DNA of 64,000 nucleotides from a virus (Duplodnaviria; Caudoviricetes): IMG/VR virus record IMGVR_UViG_2562617090_000005; one strand, 5' to 3'. Shown piece by piece: positions 29,861 to 39,603 of this stretch (position 1 is its first letter; each line of letters starts with the position of its first letter). The notes under the pieces were generated by a model. It saw only the letters and a program-made list of their open reading frames with translations, ran no database searches and was not told where the DNA came from. The position numbers and the translations under genes were made by a program.

Positions 29861-30882
29861 ACCAGGAATTTGCAGAAAATATCAAAAACCATATCCGGGA
29901 ATATCTGCCGGTGGACTATCAGGATGCAAAGATAACCCTTGAAAAAGTCACCAAAGGAAATGACCGGATTCTTACAGGGCTTATCATCCGAAAGGATGAT
30001 GAAACGGCTGTACCGTCCATTTATCTGGAACACTATGAGGAACAGTTTGGCAAAGGCCGCCCGATGGACGACATTATGAAGGAAATTGCACAGATAAAAA
30101 TGGAAAACAGCCTGGAACTTCCTATTGATGTGAAAGGACTTCAGGATTATGAAACAGCCAGGCCGCTGCTTGCGATCCGTCTGTGCGACCCGGAAAAGAA
30201 TCAGGAATATTTGAAAGATAAACCCCATACCGCATGTGGGGAACTGGCGGCAACCTACCGTATTCAGATCATGGAGGACAGCAGCGGAACGGCTTCCGCT
30301 GTTGTTACAAATGATATGTTGAATCTTTGGGGAATTACACCAGAGCAGCTTCACCACGATACGGTGTCAGCAGAAAACGCCCGGAATCCTGTCTGTTTAT
30401 ACACAATGGATGATGTGATGTCAGAAATAATGCTGTCCGTAAAGCCTGAGAATCTTTTTGAACAGACGGAACCATTAGAATCTGAAATGATACCTATGTA
30501 TATCCTGACAAACCAGAATAAAGTAAATGGCGCCGGGGTTCTGGCAAGAGACGGCGTACTGGATAAAATCGGCGAGCTGCTTGGTTCTGATTTTTATGTC
30601 CTCCCATCATCGACCCATGAAGTTATCCTTGTGCCGGATAACGGGAATATGCAGACTAAAGAACTGGAGGATATGGTAAAAGAAGTGAATGCTACCCAGG
30701 TGCCGCCAGAGGATTTACTTTCTGATAAGGTGCAGTATTATGACCGGGCAGCAAAAACCCTGGGACGAAAACAGGAAAAAGGACTATTGGAACGTCTTTC
30801 CGAAAATAAAGCACAGGTACAGGAAAGAGAGGCAAAAGCACCAAAAGAAAGACAGAAAACCAAACAGGAACCGAGCTTATAA
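29857..30882 (+). CDS. DUF5688 family protein
   Basis: PSIYLE..YE, YILTN..KVNGAG, FYVLPSSTHE, VPPEDLLSD. Confidence 0.8.
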   Translation: MNQEFAENIKNHIREYLPVDYQDAKITLEKVTKGNDRILTGLIIRKDDETAVPSIYLEHYEEQFGKGRPMDDIMKEIAQIKMENSLELPIDVKGLQDYETARPLLAIRLCDPEKNQEYLKDKPHTACGELAATYRIQIMEDSSGTASAVVTNDMLNLWGITPEQLHHDTVSAENARNPVCLYTMDDVMSEIMLSVKPENLFEQTEPLESEMIPMYILTNQNKVNGAGVLARDGVLDKIGELLGSDFYVLPSSTHEVILVPDNGNMQTKELEDMVKEVNATQVPPEDLLSDKVQYYDRAAKTLGRKQEKGLLERLSENKAQVQEREAKAPKERQKTKQEPSL

Positions 30883-30934
30883 GGGGCAGCGGCTATGCTG
30901 CCTTTTCTAATTCAAAGAAATGGAGGTTACAGGA

Positions 30935-33043
30935 ATGAAGTTAGTAATTGCGGAAAAGCCCTCCGTCGCCATGTCGCTGGCGGCGGTTCTGGGTGCGAAT
31001 GAGAAAAAAGACGGCTACATGGAGGGCGGGGGTTATCTGGTAAGCTGGTGCGTGGGACACCTTCTGGAACTGGCGCAGCCGGAGGCTTATGGGGAACGGT
31101 ATGCCAGATGGCGTTATGGTGATCTGCCGATTCTGCCGGAAACATGGAAATATGAAGTGCCGAAGGATAAGAAAAAGCAGCTTGACCTTCTTTGCCGGCT
31201 GATGAAAGACAAACGGGTGGATTCCGTGGTATGCGCTACGGACGCCGGACGGGAGGGCGAACTGATCTTCCGTCTGGTCTATGAACACGCCGGATGTAAG
31301 AAACCGATGGAACGTCTCTGGATTTCCAGTATGGAGGATGCGGCAATCCGTGACGGGTTTGAGCACCTGCGTCCTGGCAGCGACTACGATAAGCTCTATG
31401 ACGCGGCGGTCTGCCGGGCCGGGGCTGACTGGCTGATCGGTATTAACGCCACCCGGCTTTTCTCTGTCCTGTATGGCGTCACGCTGAATGTGGGGCGCGT
31501 CATGTCGCCCACGCTGGCCCTTCTGGTACAGCGGGAGGCAGATATTCGGGCATTTACGAGCAAGCCCTTCTATGTGCCGGAGATCACCTGCGGCGGCTTT
31601 ACTGCCTCTGGGGAAAAGCTGTCCGGGAAAAATGAAGCTGAAAAAATCTGTATGGACTGTGACGGGCAGGGTGCTTTAGTGCTATCCGTGGAGAAGCAGG
31701 TCAAGACGGTGCAGCCGCCCCGCCTGTATGACCTGACAACTTTGCAGCGGGAATGTAACCGCATTTATGGCTATACGGCACAGCAGACCCTTGATTATGT
31801 GCAATCCCTCTATGAGAAAAAACTGGCGACCTATCCCCGGACGGACAGCCAGTATCTGACTGAGGACATGCAGGCAACCGCCGCCTCCCTGGTTCTCTGG
31901 CTGCGGGATTATATGCCCTTTGGAAAAGGCTGCACAGGGGAACCTGATATTGACCGCGTAACGGACGGCAGCAAAGTCACCGACCATCACGCGATTATCC
32001 CTACGGTGGAGGTTGCCCGGACGGATTTATCGGAGCTGCCTTCCGGGGAGCGGGATGTACTGACGCTGATTGCCGCAAGGCTGCTTTCTGCCACGGCCCA
32101 GGCGCACCGGTTCGAGGCGGTGACGGCGGTCCTGGACTGCCGGGGTAATTCCTTTACAGCAAAAGGGAAAACCGTATTGCAGGCCGGATGGAAGGAAGTG
32201 GAACGCCTCTACCGCATGGGATTGAAACAATCCAAACCGGAGGATGACGAGAGTACGGATGCTTCCCTTCCCATGCTGCAGGAGGGGCAGGTTTTTGAAA
32301 CGGTCTCTGCCAGCGTCCGGGAGGGCAGAACCTCCCCGCCGAAACACTATACGGAGGATTCCCTTCTGGCAGCAATGGAGACCGCCGGAGCCGGGGATAT
32401 GCCGGAGGATACCGAGCGTAAAGGATTAGGCACCCCGGCCACTCGTGCGGCTACACTGGAAAAACTGGTCTCTGCCGGATTTGTGGATCGGAAAAAAAAG
32501 CAGCTTATTCCAACGGAAAAAGGTACGAACCTGATCCTGGTCCTGCCGGACAATATCAAATCGCCTACGCTCACCGCAGAATGGGAATCCATGTTGAAGC
32601 AGGTAGAACGCGGCGAGCTGGCTGCAGAATCCTTTATGGGGCAGATTGCGGATATGAGCCGGACGCTGGTAAAGGAACATACCGCCCCGGAGGAACGCTT
32701 TTCCGGCCTCTTCCCGGATGCAAAAAGAAACGGAGGTGAGGCTGTCGGCACCTGCCCCCGCTGCGGCGGAACCGTATATGAGGGTAAAAAAGGATTCTTT
32801 TGTGATAACCGGGACTGTGCTTTTGCGCTGTGGAAAGACAATAAATTCTTTTCCGGCAAGAAAAAATCCATAACAAAATCCGTGGCGGCGGCCCTTCTGA
32901 AAGAGGGCCGCGTTTCCATGTCCGGGCTTTACAGCGAAAAGACGGGAAAGACCTATGACGCGGTGGTGCTGCTGGATGATACGGGCGGAAAATATGTGAA
33001 TTTCAAGCTGGAATTTCCGGCTAAGAAAGGCAGAAAGAAATGA
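30935..33043 (+). CDS. topB: DNA topoisomerase III
   Basis: IAEKPS, CATDAGREGE, TYPRTDS, GLGTPATR. Confidence 0.93.
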   Translation: MKLVIAEKPSVAMSLAAVLGANEKKDGYMEGGGYLVSWCVGHLLELAQPEAYGERYARWRYGDLPILPETWKYEVPKDKKKQLDLLCRLMKDKRVDSVVCATDAGREGELIFRLVYEHAGCKKPMERLWISSMEDAAIRDGFEHLRPGSDYDKLYDAAVCRAGADWLIGINATRLFSVLYGVTLNVGRVMSPTLALLVQREADIRAFTSKPFYVPEITCGGFTASGEKLSGKNEAEKICMDCDGQGALVLSVEKQVKTVQPPRLYDLTTLQRECNRIYGYTAQQTLDYVQSLYEKKLATYPRTDSQYLTEDMQATAASLVLWLRDYMPFGKGCTGEPDIDRVTDGSKVTDHHAIIPTVEVARTDLSELPSGERDVLTLIAARLLSATAQAHRFEAVTAVLDCRGNSFTAKGKTVLQAGWKEVERLYRMGLKQSKPEDDESTDASLPMLQEGQVFETVSASVREGRTSPPKHYTEDSLLAAMETAGAGDMPEDTERKGLGTPATRAATLEKLVSAGFVDRKKKQLIPTEKGTNLILVLPDNIKSPTLTAEWESMLKQVERGELAAESFMGQIADMSRTLVKEHTAPEERFSGLFPDAKRNGGEAVGTCPRCGGTVYEGKKGFFCDNRDCAFALWKDNKFFSGKKKSITKSVAAALLKEGRVSMSGLYSEKTGKTYDAVVLLDDTGGKYVNFKLEFPAKKGRKK

Positions 33044-33411
33044 CCGGGCAGCCCTCACGGGAATTAACAAGACAGGAACGGGCAGCAATCCGAAGGCTGG
33101 TAACAGACCTTTGCGCTAACCATGACAATCAGGATAGGCTCTGCCTCCCCTTAGACTGCCCCTGTTATATGCTGCAAAAATGGTGGACCGGCTCTTTCTG
33201 CCGATACTTCCGGGAGGCGGTGCTGCCGGTGGACCCGGCGCTAGAATCTGCCATTACCGGCGAGGACACTTCCCTGAAACAGAAAACATGCCCGGTTTGT
33301 GGGAAAGCCTATCTGCCTACTACCAGCCAGGCGTATTGTTCGGATTCCTGCCGCACCTTTGCCAGACGGAAATCCGAGCGGGAACGCAAGCGCCGGATCA
33401 GAAAAAATTAA
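33040..33411 (+). CDS. cysteine-rich VLP-domain protein
   Basis: CRYFREAVLP, CPVC..C..C. Confidence 0.8.
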   Translation: MTGQPSRELTRQERAAIRRLVTDLCANHDNQDRLCLPLDCPCYMLQKWWTGSFCRYFREAVLPVDPALESAITGEDTSLKQKTCPVCGKAYLPTTSQAYCSDSCRTFARRKSERERKRRIRKN

Positions 33412-33419
33412 AGGTAATA

Positions 33420-33532
33420 TGTCCGCAACTTAACCAAAATGAGGCTTGATTTTCAAGGCTTTCGGGACCCGGTTTGAGGGGTGGCTGTATTAGAATACTC
33501 TGACGCCCCGAAACAGGTCTAAGTTGCGGACA
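33420..33532. other. 113-nt branched inverted-repeat element
   Basis: Perfect 13-bp IR tgtccgcaactta/taagttgcggaca enclosing further stems. Confidence 0.7.
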
Positions 33533-33556
33533 AATAAACAAACGGGAGGGATGCAG

Positions 33557-34075
33557 ATAGAAAAGACAGCGATTACAAAAGAGCTTATGCGGATTGATAC
33601 CAGGAGGCAGATGATTGATATACAGCAGATTGATAACCGGCGCTTTATGTATAACCCCAAAACCGGCATATTGGTCTTAGGTTATCAGTATGCAGCTACA
33701 AGTACAATGGTTTCCAGCCATGCCAACGAACTGGCCGACGCCGGGATTACAAAAGGCTATGACAATTTTGTCCGGGGCTGGATCGGCACTGGCGGGGACT
33801 ACCCCAAAGGGGTGATCCACTTTGCCCCCTGTGTAGATAAGAGAAATATCACGCTGTTTGACCGGGCTTTTGACACACTGAAAATGTTTCAGGAAAACGG
33901 CGCGCTGGCGGGCACGGTGGTCCGTGGCTTCGGGGAAAACTGGGAGCAGCCGTTATCCGATATTTTTACGGATATGCGGGAACCGGGGCAGAAACCCTCT
34001 GTCCGCAGGCAGCTAAAAAAACAGCCGGAGGCAAAAGCCACCCGGCAGAAAACCAATCATCAACAGGAACGATAG
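33557..34075 (+). CDS. hypothetical protein (start uncertain; ATA or ATG near GGAGG)
   Basis: ORF track 33524..34075; RBS at 33545. Confidence 0.65.
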   Translation: MEKTAITKELMRIDTRRQMIDIQQIDNRRFMYNPKTGILVLGYQYAATSTMVSSHANELADAGITKGYDNFVRGWIGTGGDYPKGVIHFAPCVDKRNITLFDRAFDTLKMFQENGALAGTVVRGFGENWEQPLSDIFTDMREPGQKPSVRRQLKKQPEAKATRQKTNHQQER

Positions 34076-34086
34076 GAGGCGATTTT

Positions 34087-34719
34087 TTGAATATCAATAC
34101 GATCACAATCGATGACCTGCGGCACATGGAGGGCAAAGACGGCCTGATCTTACAGGGCTGCGGCGGGGATTTGAAGGAATGGGTGGACGGGATCAATGAG
34201 ATGTTCACCGAAGCGGGCATTTTGAAGGATGGCAGTAAATTTGAGGGTGTTTCCACTTTCCAGTATGGGGAGCTTACCTGTCTGCTCTATCCTTTTGAGA
34301 ATGTGAAGCTGGACATTGGGAAACTTGCCATGTGGCGATTGCAGACCCATGAAGTCTATGGCGGCACATGGCTGTCGGACTTTGTGCCGAATTATTTAGG
34401 CGGTTTTATCGGGGAGCCTTCGCCGGAGCCGGAAAAACCGGATTGTCCGCTGATCGGAGCAGATGGGAACATTTTTAATCTGCTGGGTATTGCTTCCCGT
34501 ACTTTGCGGGAGCATGGTTTGAAAGAACAGGCAAAAGAAATGTCTGATCGGGTATTTGCTTCCGGCAGTTATGGAGAAGCGCTCTGTATCATTGGCGAAT
34601 ATGTCAACATCACAGATTCCGAACCGGAGCATAAGAATTCTCTCCGTCAGCAGCTAAAAGCAACAAAACCGGCAGACCCGGTAAAAAAGCAACAAACTTC
34701 CAAACAGCAGGAACGATAA
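34087..34719 (+). CDS. hypothetical two-domain ICE protein
   Basis: 210-aa ORF, TTG start, GGAGG RBS; LIGADGNIFNLLG motif. Confidence 0.7.
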   Translation: MNINTITIDDLRHMEGKDGLILQGCGGDLKEWVDGINEMFTEAGILKDGSKFEGVSTFQYGELTCLLYPFENVKLDIGKLAMWRLQTHEVYGGTWLSDFVPNYLGGFIGEPSPEPEKPDCPLIGADGNIFNLLGIASRTLREHGLKEQAKEMSDRVFASGSYGEALCIIGEYVNITDSEPEHKNSLRQQLKATKPADPVKKQQTSKQQER

Positions 34720-34732
34720 GGAGGGATGCGGA

Positions 34733-35665
34733 ATGGAAAAGAAACGGACCTATGGTGTATGGGCAGTACGAAGCAGCACTTCTATTTTCGGACCGGCACA
34801 AAGCTGGTGCAAGGAAAATGGAAAACCGTTGGAGTTTGATACCAAAGCTGCTGCTGAAAACTATGCAAAGGAAGCCAACGAGCATACGACAGCAAATGTC
34901 CGATACTATGTGAAAGAAAAAGAACCGGAGCCCGGTGCTGTTCGGAAAGGAACATCTCAACCGGAGCTGGATGCACGCAGCCATGAAGAAGTGATACCAA
35001 GAAATGATGCAGCGGAAAAACAAAATGAGATTCCGGGCAGACAGATTCCTTCTCAAACAGATCCGCTGGTAGAAATCCGCTCTGCGGTTCATAGTAATTA
35101 CGCGGGTATGGTCGCTATGCTGGGTGCGGACAACCGTGTGTATTTGGGGCATGAGGAACGCTGCCATTACCAGGATATGCAGCCATCTTACTATGACAAT
35201 CAGGACGGTTCCCTGTGTTTTGTCTGTGATCAGCCCGATATGTATTATTTTCTTTATGGAGAAGGCTGGGCGCATACCCAGGCGGAAATGCTGGAACGAG
35301 GACTCACCCTGCACCAGTACGAAGAATTTGCGAGACTGCAAAATGGCGTCCTTGCACAGTTTACCACCCAAAGAGAAATCCTGTTCGCCGGGCAGCCCTT
35401 CCAGCCGCCGGAGAGCTATCTGCGTAATGCGGAACTCTACGAGGAAGGACAGACCGGAAACTATAATATGCTGGATGGCCGGCTGAATAATGAGCCGCCG
35501 GAACGCCCTGACTTAACGGACGGCCAGACCTATGAGGAAATCCGGGAGCTTGCACCGGAGACTTTGCCGGAGGAAAAACCTTCCCTGATGGAGCGGCTGA
35601 AAGCGGAACGCCCGGAGCATGAGGCGAAACAGGCAGCGCCGCCTGTGCCGGAAAGGGAACGCTGA
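34733..35665 (+). CDS. DUF4316-like domain protein
   Basis: YLRNAELYEE..GNYNMLDGRLNN near the C-terminus. Confidence 0.65.
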   Translation: MEKKRTYGVWAVRSSTSIFGPAQSWCKENGKPLEFDTKAAAENYAKEANEHTTANVRYYVKEKEPEPGAVRKGTSQPELDARSHEEVIPRNDAAEKQNEIPGRQIPSQTDPLVEIRSAVHSNYAGMVAMLGADNRVYLGHEERCHYQDMQPSYYDNQDGSLCFVCDQPDMYYFLYGEGWAHTQAEMLERGLTLHQYEEFARLQNGVLAQFTTQREILFAGQPFQPPESYLRNAELYEEGQTGNYNMLDGRLNNEPPERPDLTDGQTYEEIRELAPETLPEEKPSLMERLKAERPEHEAKQAAPPVPERER

Positions 35666-36366
35666 TGGGCGCGGTAAAATTTGAGGGCGTGGATGTGCTG
35701 GACTTTTTAGGGAAGGTTGTAGAGCTGCACACGCAGCATTATAAGGACGATTTTGATATTGACAAGGAACTGATACAAAATCTTGCGGCTTGCAGAAATG
35801 GAGAAAATGAACAGCTTTTATGGATGTCCAGGACCTGCGGCACTTACTGTTTATGGGAAAGGGATGTTTACCTGCAGGACAGCCACGAAAATAAGGTGTG
35901 GCGGTTTTACCATGAGCAGACGAAAGATTCTATCCTGGCGTATGCAATCCAACTGGACGGCATACAGGACGGGAAAGTCACCGGCTGTATCTGGCCTCTC
36001 GATTATCACGCCCATGTGGAACGGGTCAAGCTGCTGTCCTGTGCGATTGAAAAAGTATCAGTATTGTTCCAGGATGGTACACAGGCGGTATTCCCCTATG
36101 ATTCCTATATACAGCAGATTAACATGTTTAAGGCAGAGCATGGAACTTCCAAATGTGTGACCTGGCTGCCGGAAAGTGAGCGGGAATTACAAACAATCCT
36201 GCGGCGGGAGCACGTTAAGCGGGATTACCATGCAAAGCCCGGTGATATTCAGGAATATATGGATAGCCTGAAAAAGAGCACACTGCGGGGGAAACTGAAA
36301 GAGGTGCAGGCGGTAGCCGCTTTCACCCGGAAACCGCCTTCCCATAAAAAGGAGCCTGAACGATGA
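35665..36366 (+). CDS. hypothetical ICE protein
   Basis: 233-aa ORF overlapping both neighbours. Confidence 0.7.
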   Translation: MGAVKFEGVDVLDFLGKVVELHTQHYKDDFDIDKELIQNLAACRNGENEQLLWMSRTCGTYCLWERDVYLQDSHENKVWRFYHEQTKDSILAYAIQLDGIQDGKVTGCIWPLDYHAHVERVKLLSCAIEKVSVLFQDGTQAVFPYDSYIQQINMFKAEHGTSKCVTWLPESERELQTILRREHVKRDYHAKPGDIQEYMDSLKKSTLRGKLKEVQAVAAFTRKPPSHKKEPER

Positions 36367-36707
36367 AGGCCGGGCATAACAAAAAATCCGTCCGTGTCGA
36401 ATTTGTCATGTCCGAACCGGAGGCCGAACTGGTAAAAGAACGCATGGCGGAACTTGGCATTACCAACCTCTCCGCATATCTGCGCAAGATGGCGGTGGAC
36501 GGTTATATCATCCATCTGGATATGAGCGACATTCAGGAAATGATACGGCTCCTTCGCATTTGCTCCAATAACCTGAACCAGTACACCCGGCGTGCCAATG
36601 AGACCGGCAGTATTTACGCTGCCGACGTGGACGATCTGCGCACACGCCTGGACAGTTTATGGGATGGCATGGATAAGCTGCTGCGGGGATTTGCGAACAT
36701 TTCGTAA
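36363..36707 (+). CDS. mobC: MobC relaxosome protein
   Basis: RHH N-terminus, YLRKMAVDGYI, SNNLNQY. Confidence 0.88.
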   Translation: MKAGHNKKSVRVEFVMSEPEAELVKERMAELGITNLSAYLRKMAVDGYIIHLDMSDIQEMIRLLRICSNNLNQYTRRANETGSIYAADVDDLRTRLDSLWDGMDKLLRGFANIS

Positions 36708-36798
36708 ACAGGAAAAAAACGCCGTTGCTTTCCGGCAACCGGCACGGTAGAATTTTGATAGAGGGACAATATGTTTCTCTTTGAAAGGAGGCGGGCGT

Positions 36799-37089
36799 AT
36801 GCGTCTGATTGGTAAATTACTGGCACTTCCCTTTGTACTGGTTACGGGGATTCTCTATCTGGTGTGTAAATTCCTGGTGGTCGTTTCCGGCGCTGTGCTG
36901 GGGATTCTATCGGGGATCGTATTTCTGGCGGCGCTGGCGCTGTTCTTTGCAGCCGGGTTCTGGCCGGGGCTTTCATGGCTGGTGATCGCGTTCCTGATCA
37001 GCCCCTACGGTCTGCCAATGGCGGCGGCCTGGCTGGTGGGGATCATCGGAGGCGCAAACAGCGCGTTAAAGGATTTCGTATTTGGTTAA
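36799..37089 (+). CDS. small membrane protein (CD1845-like)
   Basis: Hydrophobic; LISPYGLP motif. Confidence 0.7.
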   Translation: MRLIGKLLALPFVLVTGILYLVCKFLVVVSGAVLGILSGIVFLAALALFFAAGFWPGLSWLVIAFLISPYGLPMAAAWLVGIIGGANSALKDFVFG

Positions 37090-37178
37090 ACAGTTTCGGC
37101 GGGGCTCATTGGCAGCCCCGCCCTTTTTCTATAATTATGGCTGTCTGCTATGGCAGCTTTTTGATTGGAGGGATTTGA

Positions 37179-37946
37179 TTGAAAGATACAACGCCAATTT
37201 ATTTTCATTCTGCCACCTATGCGCATGAGCATGGGGAGCTGGATCAGTACCGTGCTTCCCACAAGGCAAACATTGCGTGTAAAGAGGCAATCGAACAGGC
37301 CATTGCGGACAACTACCGGGATAACCGTTTAGGCCCCGCATGTGTGCAGCAGGTCTTACAACAATTTGATCCTGGCCGGATTTTCTATGTCCTTGCCAAC
37401 ACGGTCCGGCAGAAAGAACATGACGGGCGAATTTCCCGTGATAACAAAGCCTGGGCGCAGACAATCCCGGTCTGTGAAGATAAGGACGGTTTCGGATATG
37501 ACAGGAATGTTTCCTTTGTGGTAGACCGTAGCCATCCAGGACTAATGGATTTATTTCTTACCCAAGCCAGAGACATTGCAAAGGAGGATTTCAAGATGAA
37601 TCAAGAGTTTACGAGCCGTAACCAAGTGGAGTTTATACGTCAGACCTACCCACCGAATACCCGGATTTTGTTGCAGCATATGGATGATCCCTATGCCCCG
37701 GTGCCCGCTGGCACCCGTGGAACTGTCAAGTATGTGGATGACATAGGCCAGATTGGGGTTGCCTGGGACAATGGACGCAGCCTTTCACTGATTCCCGGTA
37801 TGGACACATATCGGAAACTGACCCAACAGGAGCTTACTCAGGAACAAGGTGAAAAGCCTTCCATACATGACAGTCTGGGCAAACATGCCGGGCAGCAGGC
37901 GGCTCACAGCGACAAACCGAAAATGAAAAAAGAACAGACACGATAA
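37179..37946 (+). CDS. DUF3849 plus DUF4314 protein
   Basis: ACKEAIEQAI..NY (DUF3849); YPPNTRI...MDDPY...GT.GTV...WDNG.SL (DUF4314). Confidence 0.8.
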   Translation: MKDTTPIYFHSATYAHEHGELDQYRASHKANIACKEAIEQAIADNYRDNRLGPACVQQVLQQFDPGRIFYVLANTVRQKEHDGRISRDNKAWAQTIPVCEDKDGFGYDRNVSFVVDRSHPGLMDLFLTQARDIAKEDFKMNQEFTSRNQVEFIRQTYPPNTRILLQHMDDPYAPVPAGTRGTVKYVDDIGQIGVAWDNGRSLSLIPGMDTYRKLTQQELTQEQGEKPSIHDSLGKHAGQQAAHSDKPKMKKEQTR

Positions 37947-37978
37947 CAGAGCCGGTTTTACAGTAAGGGGGTGATGGG

Positions 37979-39388
37979 ATGGCGACCACACGGCTCATGC
38001 CGCTGCATGTCGGTAAAGGCCGGGATGTTTCCACGGCGATTGCAGACATCATTGACTACGTAGAGAATCCGCAGAAAACCGATTTTGGAAAATTCATTTA
38101 TGGTTATGAGTGTGACACCCGAACCGCCGATGCGGAGTTTCTTTTATCCAAACGGCAGTATGCGAACCTGACCGGACGTAACCGGGGCGCGGATGATGTG
38201 ATTGCCTACCATCTCCGGCAGGCGTTCAAGCCCGGCGAGGTCACGCCAGAAGAAGCGAACCAGATCGGGCGGGAGCTGGCACTAAAACTGACGAAGGAAA
38301 ACCATGCTTTTGTTGTCTGCACCCATGTGGATAAACACCATGTCCATAACCACATCATCATAAATTCTACCACGCTGGACTGTCAGAAAAAATTCCGCAA
38401 CTTCTGGGGTTCCACCTGGGCGATCCGGCGCATGAATGACAAGCTGTGCCTGGAGCATGGGCTTTCCATTGTAGAGAATCCGAAGCCCAGCCGCAACCAC
38501 TACGGCACATGGATGGGAAGTCAGAAACAGCCTTCCCATCAGGAGCAGCTACGCTGGGCCATCGATGCTGCCCTGGAGGAAAAGCCGAAGGACTTTGAAG
38601 AACTTTTGAAGAAGCTGGAGGCGGCCGGGATCGAAGTCAACCGGGAGCGGAAGTACCTCCGTTTTCGCCTGTCACCGGAAGATAGATATACCCGGTGTGA
38701 TACGCTAAAGGGCGACTATACCGAGCAGGCCATCAGAGAACGGATCGCCGGCATCCGGACGGTGAAACCGCGCCGTATCTCTCCCCAAAAGCCAGTTTCC
38801 AAAGTCGGACTGCTGGTGGACATTGAGGCGGCGGTCCGTTCCGGCAAAGGGCCGGGGTATGAACGCTGGGCGAAGGTGTTCAACTTAAAGCAGCTTTCCC
38901 AGGCGGTAATCTATCTCAAAGAGCATGGCGATATGAGCTATGAGGATTTGCAGAAAAAATCAGATGCCGCTACCGCCAGCTTCAATGCGCTGTCGGTACA
39001 GATCAAGGAACTGGAATCACAGATGGCCGCCAACGGGGAGCTGCAGAAACAGATCGTAAATTATGCCAAGACGCGGGCGGCCTATGTGGAGTACCGGAAA
39101 GCCGGGTACAGCAAAAAATTCCGTGCGGTGCATGAGACGGAAATCCTTCTGCACCAGGCGGCGAAGAAACACTTTGACGAGGTTGGGATTACAAAGCTGC
39201 CCTCCGTCAAATCTCTGCGTGAGGAATATGCCGGACTTCTGGAACAGAAACGGAAAGCCTATTCTTCTTACAAACAGGCCAGAGCCGATATGAAGGAGCT
39301 TTATAATATCCGGGCAAATGTGGAGCATTTGCTGGACATTCCTACCGGACGGGAACCGCAGAAGGAATCGCAGAAGTCGCGGCAATAG
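37979..39388 (+). CDS. MOBP relaxase (relaxase/mobilization nuclease)
   Basis: YHLRQAFKPGE, THVDKHHVHNHIIIN HUH motif. Confidence 0.92.
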   Translation: MATTRLMPLHVGKGRDVSTAIADIIDYVENPQKTDFGKFIYGYECDTRTADAEFLLSKRQYANLTGRNRGADDVIAYHLRQAFKPGEVTPEEANQIGRELALKLTKENHAFVVCTHVDKHHVHNHIIINSTTLDCQKKFRNFWGSTWAIRRMNDKLCLEHGLSIVENPKPSRNHYGTWMGSQKQPSHQEQLRWAIDAALEEKPKDFEELLKKLEAAGIEVNRERKYLRFRLSPEDRYTRCDTLKGDYTEQAIRERIAGIRTVKPRRISPQKPVSKVGLLVDIEAAVRSGKGPGYERWAKVFNLKQLSQAVIYLKEHGDMSYEDLQKKSDAATASFNALSVQIKELESQMAANGELQKQIVNYAKTRAAYVEYRKAGYSKKFRAVHETEILLHQAAKKHFDEVGITKLPSVKSLREEYAGLLEQKRKAYSSYKQARADMKELYNIRANVEHLLDIPTGREPQKESQKSRQ

Positions 39389-39466
39389 TTTTCCTTCTGC
39401 TTTCGGTTTTCAGCGTTCCAACGGAACGCGCAGCCATCACCGCAGGTGATGATCTCAGGGGTTTGG

Positions 39467-39524
39467 GGATATGTCACCAACAAGCATTTTGGCAGGAATA
39501 CCGGAAACGGATTCCTGCCAAAAT
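39467..39524. promoter_or_regulatory. candidate ICE oriT region
   Basis: gggtttggggatatgtc next to a perfect 14-bp IR attttggcaggaat/attcctgccaaaat, just after the relaxase. Confidence 0.4.
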
Positions 39525-39603
39525 ACGCAATCTTACGGAAGATTGCATTGCTTGCCAGTAGTTTTAAGAGTCTTTGGCAGAGGATCTGTTTACAGTTGCC
39601 GCA

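Noticed and set aside
33040-36366. Deletion of a large SNF2/methylase gene often found after topB
   Set aside because: Absent here, but there is no visible scar; a loss cannot be claimed without comparison.
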